Source: an uncultured delta proteobacterium
GTDB lineage: Bacteria; Myxococcota; Myxococcia; Myxococcales; Anaeromyxobacteraceae
Assembly (NCBI GenBank): GCA_963828255.1
Contig: CAWHDZ010000015.1
Span: 32,001-96,000, forward strand
Length of the DNA stretch: 64,000 nucleotides
Reading direction: 5' to 3'
Each line of letters begins with the position of its first letter. Position 1 is the first letter of the stretch. The position numbers and the translations under genes were made by a program. Below are positions 21,999 to 30,386 of this stretch, piece after piece. The notes below the pieces were generated by a model that was given only the letters and a program-made list of their open reading frames with translations, was not told where the DNA came from and did not search any database.

Positions 21999-22007
21999 GA
22001 GGAGACC

Positions 22008-22553
22008 TTGGCCGCCACACTCCAGTACTTCATGCTTCCCGAGGACGAGCGGGCACTGTTCCGGAGGCTTGCCGGCAAGGCGCTCACGCTCTACCCGGAG
22101 ATCTTCCCGCCCGGGACCGTGGGGATCCCGGTGGACGACAGGACGGTCGAGGTCCTCGACCAGGAGGCCTACTACCTGGCGGCCGAGCGGCTCGGGCCGG
22201 TGGTGGTGCGCCCGCTGGCCCGCGGCCGCGACCGGGGGATGCTCGAGATCGAGGAGGTCCCGTCGCCGGTCTACCACTACGAGCGTTCGCTCCCGAACGA
22301 CAAGGGGGAGCTCGTGGGCGGCCGGCTCTGGGCAGAGCTCGACGTGGACGACAGCCCGGGCCAGCGCATCGGGAAGCCTGCCGCGCTGAAGGTGATCTTC
22401 GAGGAGGTGAACCAGTTCTTCCGGAGTTCCTGGCGCCGCAGCGACCCCAAGGGCTGGTGGGTGGGGCCGGCGGCCGGGGCTGCCGTGAAGGGGCAGCGGC
22501 TCGTCCTCCGGGAGCCCGGGCACAAGGGAAGGACCTACGGGGTCTGGCGGTGA
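22008..22553 (+). CDS. hypothetical protein
   Basis: 181-aa ORF, TTG start with GAGGAG RBS, coding-like codon use. Confidence 0.75.
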   Translation: MAATLQYFMLPEDERALFRRLAGKALTLYPEIFPPGTVGIPVDDRTVEVLDQEAYYLAAERLGPVVVRPLARGRDRGMLEIEEVPSPVYHYERSLPNDKGELVGGRLWAELDVDDSPGQRIGKPAALKVIFEEVNQFFRSSWRRSDPKGWWVGPAAGAAVKGQRLVLREPGHKGRTYGVWR

Positions 22554-22584
22554 GCGGACCATGGCCGACGGCGGTCGGTCCCCC

Positions 22585-22613
22585 TTGACCTCCGGCCCGC
22601 CAGCGGCTACAAA
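22585..22613 (+). promoter_or_regulatory. sigma70-type promoter of the tRNA-Gln/tRNA-Glu operon
   Basis: TTGACC-17 bp-TACAAA. Confidence 0.7.
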
Positions 22614-22644
22614 CCGCCCCTCGCGGACCCTTCCAGCGACCAGG

Positions 22645-22718
22645 TGGGGGATCGTCTAACGGCAGGACGCATGCCTCTGGAGCATGCTATCTAGGTTCGA
22701 ATCCTAGTCCCCCAACCA
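22645..22718 (+). tRNA. tRNA-Gln(CTG)
   Basis: CATGC-CTCTGGA-GCATG anticodon arm, GGTTCGAATCC, 3' CCA. Confidence 0.95.
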
Positions 22719-22796
22719 ATCTTCACCGGGTTGACTTCCAGGCAACCCGGAGCGCAGGAAGCAGCAGGACAGCAGCGCAGCACAGGGGAGTTCTCT

Positions 22797-22858
<62 letters not shown>

Positions 22859-22871
<13 letters not shown>

Positions 22872-22914
22872 GCATCGCCCCGTCTCCGTCGTCCCGGAGG
22901 CGGGGTTTTTCTTT
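22859..22914 (+). repeat. left copy (attL-like) of a degenerate direct repeat: tRNA-Glu 3' end plus terminator
   Basis: Aligns by eye with 47579-47633 at about 46 of 57 columns. Confidence 0.75.
22878..22914 (+). terminator. intrinsic terminator after tRNA-Glu
   Basis: CCCCGTCTCCG-loop-CGGAGGCGGGG followed by TTTTTCTTT. Confidence 0.88.
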
Positions 22915-22989
22915 GGGTTTTTCGTCGTGGGAGGGTATCCCTACGGTTCTACTGTGCCCTCGAACTGTGCCTACCCTTCCGGGTATGTC

Positions 22990-23150
22990 GGTCGGTTCGA
23001 CGGCCCCTTCCACGACTGACTTCCCGGCCCACGCGGCGGGGTCGATGGCCACAACCGCGCGGCACATCCCCTCCCACTGCATCTCCAGGCGCGTGTAGAA
23101 GTCGGCCGCCTTCTGCGGCTTCGGGTGTTTCCTCAAGGATGACGCGGTGG
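22990..23150 (-). pseudogene. possible C-terminal remnant of a tyrosine integrase
   Basis: KHPKPQKAADFYTRLEMQWEGMCRAV (H...Y spacing) next to attL and pointing at the tRNA; resemblance only. Confidence 0.3.
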
Positions 23151-23188
23151 CCGCCCTTCTCAACTTCGGGGCCAGCTCCGTACACCAC

Positions 23189-23509
23189 TCAACTGGACGT
23201 TACTCTACCGTAGGTCGGCAAGGTCACCGCCGGCAGGGACATCGTCTGGGCATTCGCGAACAGCGCGCCACCGAGGAGGCCGTTGTCGGTGATGCGGAAG
23301 CGCCACTCGGCCTCGGCGTAGATCCAGGCGGTGCCGCGGAGTCGTCCCTGCACGTATCCGCGCCCGGTCGTTCCCTTCGCGTCCCACCCGACCGAGGGCA
23401 AGGCCAGGTAGGGCTGGTGCCCGCTCGTCACTCCCTCCGCCCGGAGCCAGAACGCAAGAACGTTCCTGGGCACCTCGTCGGAGACTGTCCTCGAGGCATT
23501 CTGAGCCAA
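23189..23509 (-). pseudogene. internal fragment of an Omp85/BamA-TamA-like surface-antigen gene
   Basis: PYLALPSVGWD..GRGYVQGRLRG..YAEAEWRF..GGALFAN; both ends missing. Confidence 0.6.
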
Positions 23510-23949
23510 AGTTCGTGCTCGACCGGCGGGATTGACGGTCAGCGCAAGAAGCGGACCCGCTCACTCGATTTCGCCGCCGGAGGCTTCGGATCGCGGTCAG
23601 TCGTGCTAGTCGGCGGCATTCCGCCCGAAACGCTCGCTCGGGCAGAAGAGTGAATGTTCATCCGGTCATCCCTCCGTTGCTGGTGGTCGCTTGGCAGCTC
23701 CACTCAACCACGATGAAGGCCAGATGAATATCATCTCTAAGTGAACGATGTGGTAGGACTCCACAGCTAGGTCCCTCTGGGTGGGAGGTGAGACCCTACT
23801 GGGAGCTTGTCGGTACCTCGACCCACCCGTCAAGGTGGGCGCGGTCAGCCTCACGGCCTCCCGCTCCAACCTCGGCAGGGGTGTCGATGCGGCCACCTTT
23901 TCGCGGTTTCACCTGTAGTTTCACTCGAAGCACTCACGCGGGGGTAGTG

Positions 23950-24588
23950 ATGCGAACCTGGATCCGGATGGCAGTCCTGGCAGTGACCATGGCTTCCGCG
24001 GCGCCCGCCGCGGCGCAGTACACCTTCACCCAGCCCGGCCAGCAGCCCCAGCCGGTCCAGCAGCTCCAGCTCTGGAACAACGTGGCGCGCGTCAACCTGG
24101 GCGTGGGGTTCTACAACTCGGGCTGGGCCAACTGCTACTACTGGTACGGCTACAACTGCTCCTCGGGCTCGTATGCGAGCTACATCCCCTTCATGGTGGG
24201 CCCGCAGGTCGACTTCAACCTGGGCGGCATGAACAACATCAGTGTCGGATTCACCGTCGCCATGGGATCGGCATCCCTCACCTACTGGGACGGGACGCGC
24301 GATGTCACCGACTCGAAGAGCGTCACCCTCTGGGAGCCGACGATCGACTACGTCGCCAAGTTCGGACCTCCGTCCCAGGACACGGTCGGCCGCTTCCGCA
24401 TCGGCGGCGGCATGTACATCGGTCCCAATTCCACCATCGGCGGCGCGTTCCGCATCGGCGGCGGTGCCTCGTTCCTGAACGCAAGCCGCCTCGGCATCGG
24501 CCTCGACATCGTCCTGGAGGGCGGCGGTTACAACGGCTACTGGATCGGCGGCCTCCAGCTGCTCGCATCGCCCGAGTTCCATTTCTAG
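23950..24588 (+). CDS. outer-membrane beta-barrel protein
   Basis: Signal peptide ending AAAQ, Gly/aromatic strands, C-terminal PEFHF. Confidence 0.75.
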   Translation: MRTWIRMAVLAVTMASAAPAAAQYTFTQPGQQPQPVQQLQLWNNVARVNLGVGFYNSGWANCYYWYGYNCSSGSYASYIPFMVGPQVDFNLGGMNNISVGFTVAMGSASLTYWDGTRDVTDSKSVTLWEPTIDYVAKFGPPSQDTVGRFRIGGGMYIGPNSTIGGAFRIGGGASFLNASRLGIGLDIVLEGGGYNGYWIGGLQLLASPEFHF

Positions 24589-24622
24589 TCGGACGCCTCA
24601 CTCGACCGACAGGAGAATCCAC

Positions 24623-25246
24623 ATGAGAAGGTTGCTCGCTTCCCTCGTTGCAGTCCTCGTCGCCACGTTTGCCAGCGCCCAGGCTCCCGCCAAGGCGCCG
24701 GCCCCGGCCGCGGCCACCCCGGCTCCGGTCGAGGTGGACAATACCGGCACGCCTGGAAAGGCCACGGCCAAGCGGACGGCCAAGGCCACCGCCACGATCA
24801 CGGCGATCGACGCCGCAGCACGCACCGTCACCCTGAAGGCGAAGTCCGGCGAGATCCAGACCTTCAAGGCGGGGCCGGAGGTGAAGCGGTTCGACGAGTT
24901 CGGGGTCGGCGACGTCATCAAGGTCGAGTACGAGCAGGGGCTCGCGCTCGAGTTCCAGCCCGCCGGGTCGGAGAACGTTCCGGTGACTGCGATCGCCACC
25001 GGCGGTCGAGCGGAGAAGGACCAGGCGCCCGGCGCCGTGGCCGCGGCAGGAGTCCGGGGCACGGTGACCGTCACCAAGATCGACTCCGCGAAGCGGCTGG
25101 TGTCGTTCGAGGGACCCGGCGGGAACGTCTACCAGGTGAAGGCCGGCCCGAAGGTCCAGCTCGAGAAGCTGAAGGTCGGCGACAAGCTCCTCGCCACGTT
25201 CGTCGAGGCCGTCGCCATCAAGCTGGAGAAGGCGAAGAAGAAGTAG
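24623..25246 (+). CDS. secreted protein with two repeated OB-fold-like domains
   Basis: Signal peptide; ATITAIDAAARTVTLK..VGDVI repeated as VTVTKIDSAKRLVSFE..VGDKL; RBS AGGAG. Confidence 0.8.
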   Translation: MRRLLASLVAVLVATFASAQAPAKAPAPAAATPAPVEVDNTGTPGKATAKRTAKATATITAIDAAARTVTLKAKSGEIQTFKAGPEVKRFDEFGVGDVIKVEYEQGLALEFQPAGSENVPVTAIATGGRAEKDQAPGAVAAAGVRGTVTVTKIDSAKRLVSFEGPGGNVYQVKAGPKVQLEKLKVGDKLLATFVEAVAIKLEKAKKK

Positions 25247-25326
25247 TCCAGCGCAGGCAGTCCGTGGACGGCCAGGCCCTCCCGTCGAGGCGGGGCTGGC
25301 CGCCGCCCTCATCGGAGACGAATCCA

Positions 25327-26420
25327 ATGAACGCTCCACCCCCTGCCTTCGACCTCCCGCGTATCACCCTGGGGGTCCTGGCCATCGGAGTGATGATCGC
25401 GGCCAGCGTCTGGGTGATGCGGCCCTTCGTTCTCTCCGTGGTATGGGCGGCGACGATCGCCATCGCCACGTGGCCAATCCTGATCGGCATCCAGGACCGG
25501 CTCGGGGGGCGTCGAGGACCGGCAGTGGCCGTCATGGTCATCGCCCTTCTTGCCCTCATCGTCACGCCGATCTGGCTTGGGGTTTCCGCTGTTGCCAGCA
25601 AGTCCGAGCGCATCGGGGAGTTCCTGCACTCCCTCGCCTTCGAGGGATTCCCGCCTCCTCCGGCATGGCTCGCGCAGGTCCCGCTCGTCGGCGACCGCCT
25701 GGTCGGGAAGTGGCAGGGCTTCACCGGCAATCCCGAGGCGGTCGTCACGCGGCTCCAGCCGCACGCCCAGCAGGCGATCCAGTGGATCGGGTCGAAGGCA
25801 GGGGATGTCGGCGGCGTGATCGTCCAGCTCCTGCTCATGGTGGGCGTCGCGGGCATCCTGTACGCCTCCGGTGAGACCGCTGCGCGGGGCGTACTGCGCT
25901 TCCTGCGTCGCCTCGCCGGAGAGCGGGGGAGAATTCCGGGATCCTTGCCGCAAAGGCGGTGCGGGCGGTGGCCCTGGGAGTCATCGTCACGGCGGTGGCG
26001 CAGACGGTGCTTGCCGGCGCCGGGCTGTTCCTCGCCGGGGTCCCGCACGCGGGGGTCCTCGCGGTCATCGTCTTCGTGCTCTGCATCGCGCAGATCGGCC
26101 CGATCCTGGTGGTGGTGCCTGCGACCATCTGGCTCTACTCGTCCGGGGCGGTCGGACGAGGCACGTTGCTGCTCGTCATCTCGGTCGTCGCCCTGACGCT
26201 CGACAACGTGCTTCGCCCCATCCTCATCAAGAAGGGGGCCGACCTTCCTCTCGTCCTCATCCTCTCCGGCGTCATCGGCGGGGTGATGGGGTTCGGGGTG
26301 ATCGGGCTCTTCATCGGGCCCGTGATCCTGGCAGTCACCTGGACGCTTCTCGTCGCGTGGGTCGGCGACATCGACCGGGCTTCACCGGCTCACGAGATCG
26401 AAGGAAACGAGCATGGCTGA
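25327..26420 (+). CDS. AI-2E family transporter, YdiK-like (frameshift near 25929)
   Basis: WAATIAIATWP, PPPAWLAQVPLVG, DNVLRPILI, GLFIGPVILAV. Frames join as ERGENSGILAAKAVR with one added G. Confidence 0.88.
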
Positions 26421-26439
26421 CGGAGGGAGACGGGCGATG

Positions 26440-26669
26440 GCCCGATCCAGCGTGGCCGATCGTTCGTCGGGCTCGACACCAGGCCGGGATGGGACCTCGC
26501 CACCGGGACCTTCATCCCCCTCATGAAGGGCATGGCGGGCTTCTTCGTCGACCGGCAGAAGTCCCTGTCGATCTCGGCGTGGTACCAGGCCACGCTCGCG
26601 CAGGCCGCGGCGTCCCTCTTCTTCAAGTACGAGAACGGGATGGGCCTCGCCTACTTCTTCGACTGGTGA
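26440..26669 (+). pseudogene. 3' remnant of an outer-membrane protein gene
   Basis: Start-less frame ...FVGLDTRPGWD..SISAWYQA..GMGLAYFFDW*. Confidence 0.45.
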
Positions 26670-26716
26670 AAGGCCCCGCTCCGCCGCTTCAAGGCAGGAC
26701 CGGTCAAGGTCGCGGT

Positions 26717-27360
26717 TCAGAAGAACTGATAGAACACCACCCCCAGGACGGGTGCGTGGCTCCGGCTGGGCTGGAGGTAGGTGAACACGGAGCCATTCAC
26801 CTCGATCACTTGCCCCGCGCCGAACCAGTAGACGCCCAGCTGCAGCCCGAGCTGGATGCGAAACTGGTCCCACATGTCCCGGGAGGTCGACCAGATCCAC
26901 TCGGCGTTCGCGAACGGCGTGAGCGAGACGGTGTCCGACAGGTCGAACTCCCGCTCCAGCTGGGGCCGGATGCGGAGGCGCCAGGTGAACGACGTGGGGT
27001 CCGCGAGCTGCCAGCGCGCCTCGACGCGATTGCGCACCGTGAAGAGGATCTCGCCGGGGACGACGAGGCGAGGCGTGCCCTCCAGCTCGGCGAGGAGGAC
27101 GTTGGAGGCGGGCGCGGTCCCTTCCACCAGCGACGGGTACCACTCGACGCCCAGCCGGACGTCGAGGCGCCTGCGTCGGGCGAAGTCGGGCGAGATCGTG
27201 CGGGTGGTCACGGGTGCCACGAACCACCCGATGTAGACGCCCAGGCCCATCTCGGAGTAGCCCTGGGAAGGGATGAACGTCGGCAGGAGCCTCTGGATGA
27301 GCCGGAAGTCGTCGTTCAGCCGCTCGAAGACGTTCAGCTCTGGCTGGATCTGGAGCCCGT
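26717..27360 (-). CDS. DUF2490-like outer-membrane beta-barrel protein, 5' end unclear or truncated
   Basis: RNRVEARW..WRLRIRPQLE..PFANAEW..QFRIQLG, ends YQFF; no convincing start or signal peptide. Confidence 0.55.
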
Positions 27361-27503
27361 CGGACGGGCCGAAGAAGCATGAAGGCCTTCTATCCCAGAA
27401 CGGCCCGACGGCGACCCGGGAAGACTCGCTCGTCGCACGATATCGCCAGGAAGCCAAGTCGACGGTGAGCGAACCAGAGCTCGTGGAGAGGTCCCGCCGC
27501 GCC

Positions 27504-29528
27504 TCACCAGATCCGGCAGACCTGCTTCCCCACCATCGGCTGCCCCTTCCTGCAGGCGAAGGCCCTCGCGAACGCCGGCACGTTGGGCATGAGTCCGTTG
27601 ACGCGCCACACGGGCGGGGAGTGGGGGTCGGTCTGGGCGCGGAGCCGGAGCTCCTCGGGGCGTTCGCTGGCACAGGCCCACTGGGCGTGGCCCACGAAGA
27701 ACCGCTGCTCGGGGGTGAGCCCGTCCCGGGGCTCGAGCGTCTGCCCGGACGTGGCCATCTGCCAGGCATCCCAGGCGAGCAGGATTCCGGCGAGGTCGGC
27801 GATGTCCTCGTCGAGCGTCAGCCACGCGTCGATCTTGACGTCATCGACGACCTTGTACTTCGCGTACTGTCCGGCCAGGCACCGGGCCCGCCTCTCGAAC
27901 TCCCTGGCGTCGGCCGGCGTCCACCAGTCGCGCAGGATTCCCCGGGCGTCGAAGTGGCGCCCCTCGTCGTCGAAGCCATGGGCGAGTTCGTGCCCGACCA
28001 TGGCGCCCGTGTTGCCGTAACCGGGCGCGAGATCGAGGCCGGGGTCCCAGTGCGGCGGGAGAAGGATGCCGGCCGGGAAGACCATCTCGTTCCGGGATGC
28101 GTCGTAGTAGGCGTCCACCGAGGGAGGCGTCAGCTCCCATTCGGTCCGGTCGACCGGCCCCCCGATCTTCGCGAGTTGACGCCGGGTCTCGAATGCCGTG
28201 GCGCGCGCGACGTTTCCCGCGAAGTCGTCGCGCGCCACCGCCAGCGCCGAGGAGTCGCGCCAGGCGGCGGGGTGACCGATCATGCGGCGCATCGCCGCGA
28301 GCTTCTCCCGGGCCGCACGCCGGGTCTCGGGCGACATCCATTCGAGCCTCTCGAGGCGCGCCCCCATGGCGGCCTGGACCCGCTTCACCATCGCCTCCGC
28401 GTCCGCCTTCACCTCGGGGGACAGGACCCGGGCCACGAACATCTCGCCGAGCGCCTCGCCGAGCTCGGCGTCGGTCCACTGCACGCAGCGCTTCCACCGC
28501 GGCTCGATCTCCCTCGCCCCACGAAGCTTCGCCCCGTAGAAGGCGAAGTCGGCCTCCTGGAACGGGCTGGAGAGGTACGGCGCCCACGCGTGGACGAGGT
28601 GCCAGCGCAGGTAGGCCTTCCACGCGGAGAGGGGCTCCCGCGCGAGCTGGCGATCGAGCGCGGCCAGGAAGTCCGGCTCGGTCACGTTGACCCTGGCCGT
28701 CGGCGGCGCCCCCGTGGCCGCCAGGTATTCGTCCCAGCGGAAGGCCTTCGACCCCGTCCGCAGTTCGGCGACCGGCGTGGGGTTCCAGATCCTCCTGGGG
28801 TCGCGCTTCTGTGCGACCGTGAGCGACGCCCGGGCCAGCGCGGTCTCGATCCGCATCACCGCCCGCGCGCCTGCCGCGGCCCGGTTGCCCGGGACGCCGG
28901 AGAGCCGGAGCGCGTGGTCCACGTGCGCCTGGTAGGCGCCGCGGAGTTCCCTGGAGCGGGCGTCTCCCTTCACGTAGTGGTTGCGATCGGGAAGCCCGAG
29001 TCCACCCGCCGACAGCCAGGCCATCTCCTCGCCGGCGTCGGCCTGGGACGGCTCGCTCCCGAAGCCGAAGAGCATGTGGCCGTCCACGTTTAGGTGGAGC
29101 CTCGCCACCAGCCTGGCCATCTCCGCCTTGGACCCGAGCGCGTCGATGGCGGCCAGGTCTGCTGCGATGGGCTTCGCGCCTGTCGCCTCGACCGCCTTCT
29201 CGTCCATGCAGGCGTGGAAGAAGTCGCCCGCCTTGCGCTCGGCCGGCGTTCGCTCGCCGTCGGGTTTCGCCGCCGCCCGCTCGAGCAGCCCCCAGAGGAG
29301 CCTGAGGTTCTGGGTGGCGCCCTTCTGGTGCACGCTCCAGGAAGTCTGGTCTGGCGGGATGGGGTTCCTCCGCAGCCAGCCCCCGCAGGCGTAGGCGTAG
29401 AAGTCCACGCAAGGATCGACCAATTGGTCCATCGCCGCGGGGTCGAGGCCGGGCGTGTAGGGAAGGGCCTCGAGGGGGCTGTCGGCGGCGAGGAGGGCGA
29501 GGGCCAGGAGGACGCTGGCGCAGGGCAT
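27504..29528 (-). CDS. M13 family (neprilysin/ECE-like) zinc metallopeptidase, secreted
   Basis: DPCVDFYAYACGGW, VDAYY, FPAGIL, GHELAHGFDDEG, EDIAD, DPHSP. Confidence 0.93.
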   Translation of the reverse strand: MPCASVLLALALLAADSPLEALPYTPGLDPAAMDQLVDPCVDFYAYACGGWLRRNPIPPDQTSWSVHQKGATQNLRLLWGLLERAAAKPDGERTPAERKAGDFFHACMDEKAVEATGAKPIAADLAAIDALGSKAEMARLVARLHLNVDGHMLFGFGSEPSQADAGEEMAWLSAGGLGLPDRNHYVKGDARSRELRGAYQAHVDHALRLSGVPGNRAAAGARAVMRIETALARASLTVAQKRDPRRIWNPTPVAELRTGSKAFRWDEYLAATGAPPTARVNVTEPDFLAALDRQLAREPLSAWKAYLRWHLVHAWAPYLSSPFQEADFAFYGAKLRGAREIEPRWKRCVQWTDAELGEALGEMFVARVLSPEVKADAEAMVKRVQAAMGARLERLEWMSPETRRAAREKLAAMRRMIGHPAAWRDSSALAVARDDFAGNVARATAFETRRQLAKIGGPVDRTEWELTPPSVDAYYDASRNEMVFPAGILLPPHWDPGLDLAPGYGNTGAMVGHELAHGFDDEGRHFDARGILRDWWTPADAREFERRARCLAGQYAKYKVVDDVKIDAWLTLDEDIADLAGILLAWDAWQMATSGQTLEPRDGLTPEQRFFVGHAQWACASERPEELRLRAQTDPHSPPVWRVNGLMPNVPAFARAFACRKGQPMVGKQVCRIW

Positions 29529-29555
29529 CGGCGAGCATCCTAGCAGCGCCTCCCG

Positions 29556-30386
29556 TCAGGGCGCGAGGCCGGGCACCAGCTTCACGAGGAGCTCCGAGGC
29601 GGCGAGCTGGATGGCGTAGATCTCCAGCGTGTGCCGACCGACGAAGCGCAGGGCGCCGGCGACGTGTTCCGGCGGCTGGACGCGGCTCGGGCCGCGCCGG
29701 TACCGGCAGAGGCCGGCGCACAGCAAGCCCAGGCCGAGCGCGAGCGTGGCGAGCTGGGCCGGGGAGAAGGAGTAGACCCGGTTCTCCTGCCAGACGAAGA
29801 CGACCGCGGCGACCAGGCTCACCACGAGACGCATCGGGCCGGCGTACCCGGTCAGGCTGTCCACCCGCGACGAGTCGCCCACGGCGCCGGCGCCCGCGCC
29901 GGTCGAAGGCCTGCCATCGACATGGGCGCGCTGGAACAGCCCGAACAGGGCCCACAGCCACCCCTCCGAGCCGTACTCGACGACACTCTCGGCCACGGGG
30001 AGCGCGGCGACGAGCGCGACGACGAGGAGGGCGGCGCCGCCCCGGCCGTGACGCCGCAGGAAGGCCTGCACGGGGGGACGCGCCCAGCGGATGAGCGCGA
30101 AGCTCAAGAGGATGTTCGGCGCCTCCCAGCTCCACCCGGCGTTCCAGCTGGCGAGCAGGGTCAGGAGGACCCCGAGCCCGATCCACCGGAGCGGGACGGT
30201 CCGGGTCTGCGCGAAGCCGATGAGGAAGAAGAAGATGGGAGCCGCCAGGCACCCGATGGCGCTCCACCACGAGTCGTCCTCCATGAAGAACTGACCGAAG
30301 TGACCGACGGAGACGAGGAGGATCGCGCCGGCCTTCATCCAGTCGGTTCCGTCGACGAGGGGGCGTGGGCTGGCGCTTCTCGTCAT
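29556..30386 (-). CDS. TraX-like (acyltransferase-superfamily) integral membrane protein
   Basis: DWMKAGAILLVSVGH..IGCLAAPIFFFLIGFA..PNILLSF..GRHTLEIYAIQ; ATGA overlap with the NRPS stop. Confidence 0.65.
   Translation of the reverse strand: MTRSASPRPLVDGTDWMKAGAILLVSVGHFGQFFMEDDSWWSAIGCLAAPIFFFLIGFAQTRTVPLRWIGLGVLLTLLASWNAGWSWEAPNILLSFALIRWARPPVQAFLRRHGRGGAALLVVALVAALPVAESVVEYGSEGWLWALFGLFQRAHVDGRPSTGAGAGAVGDSSRVDSLTGYAGPMRLVVSLVAAVVFVWQENRVYSFSPAQLATLALGLGLLCAGLCRYRRGPSRVQPPEHVAGALRFVGRHTLEIYAIQLAASELLVKLVPGLAP

Noticed and set aside
22726..22750. Hairpin CCGGGTTG/CAACCCGG between the two tRNAs as an ncRNA
   Set aside because: Short spacer hairpin with no U tract or family features; likely a processing structure
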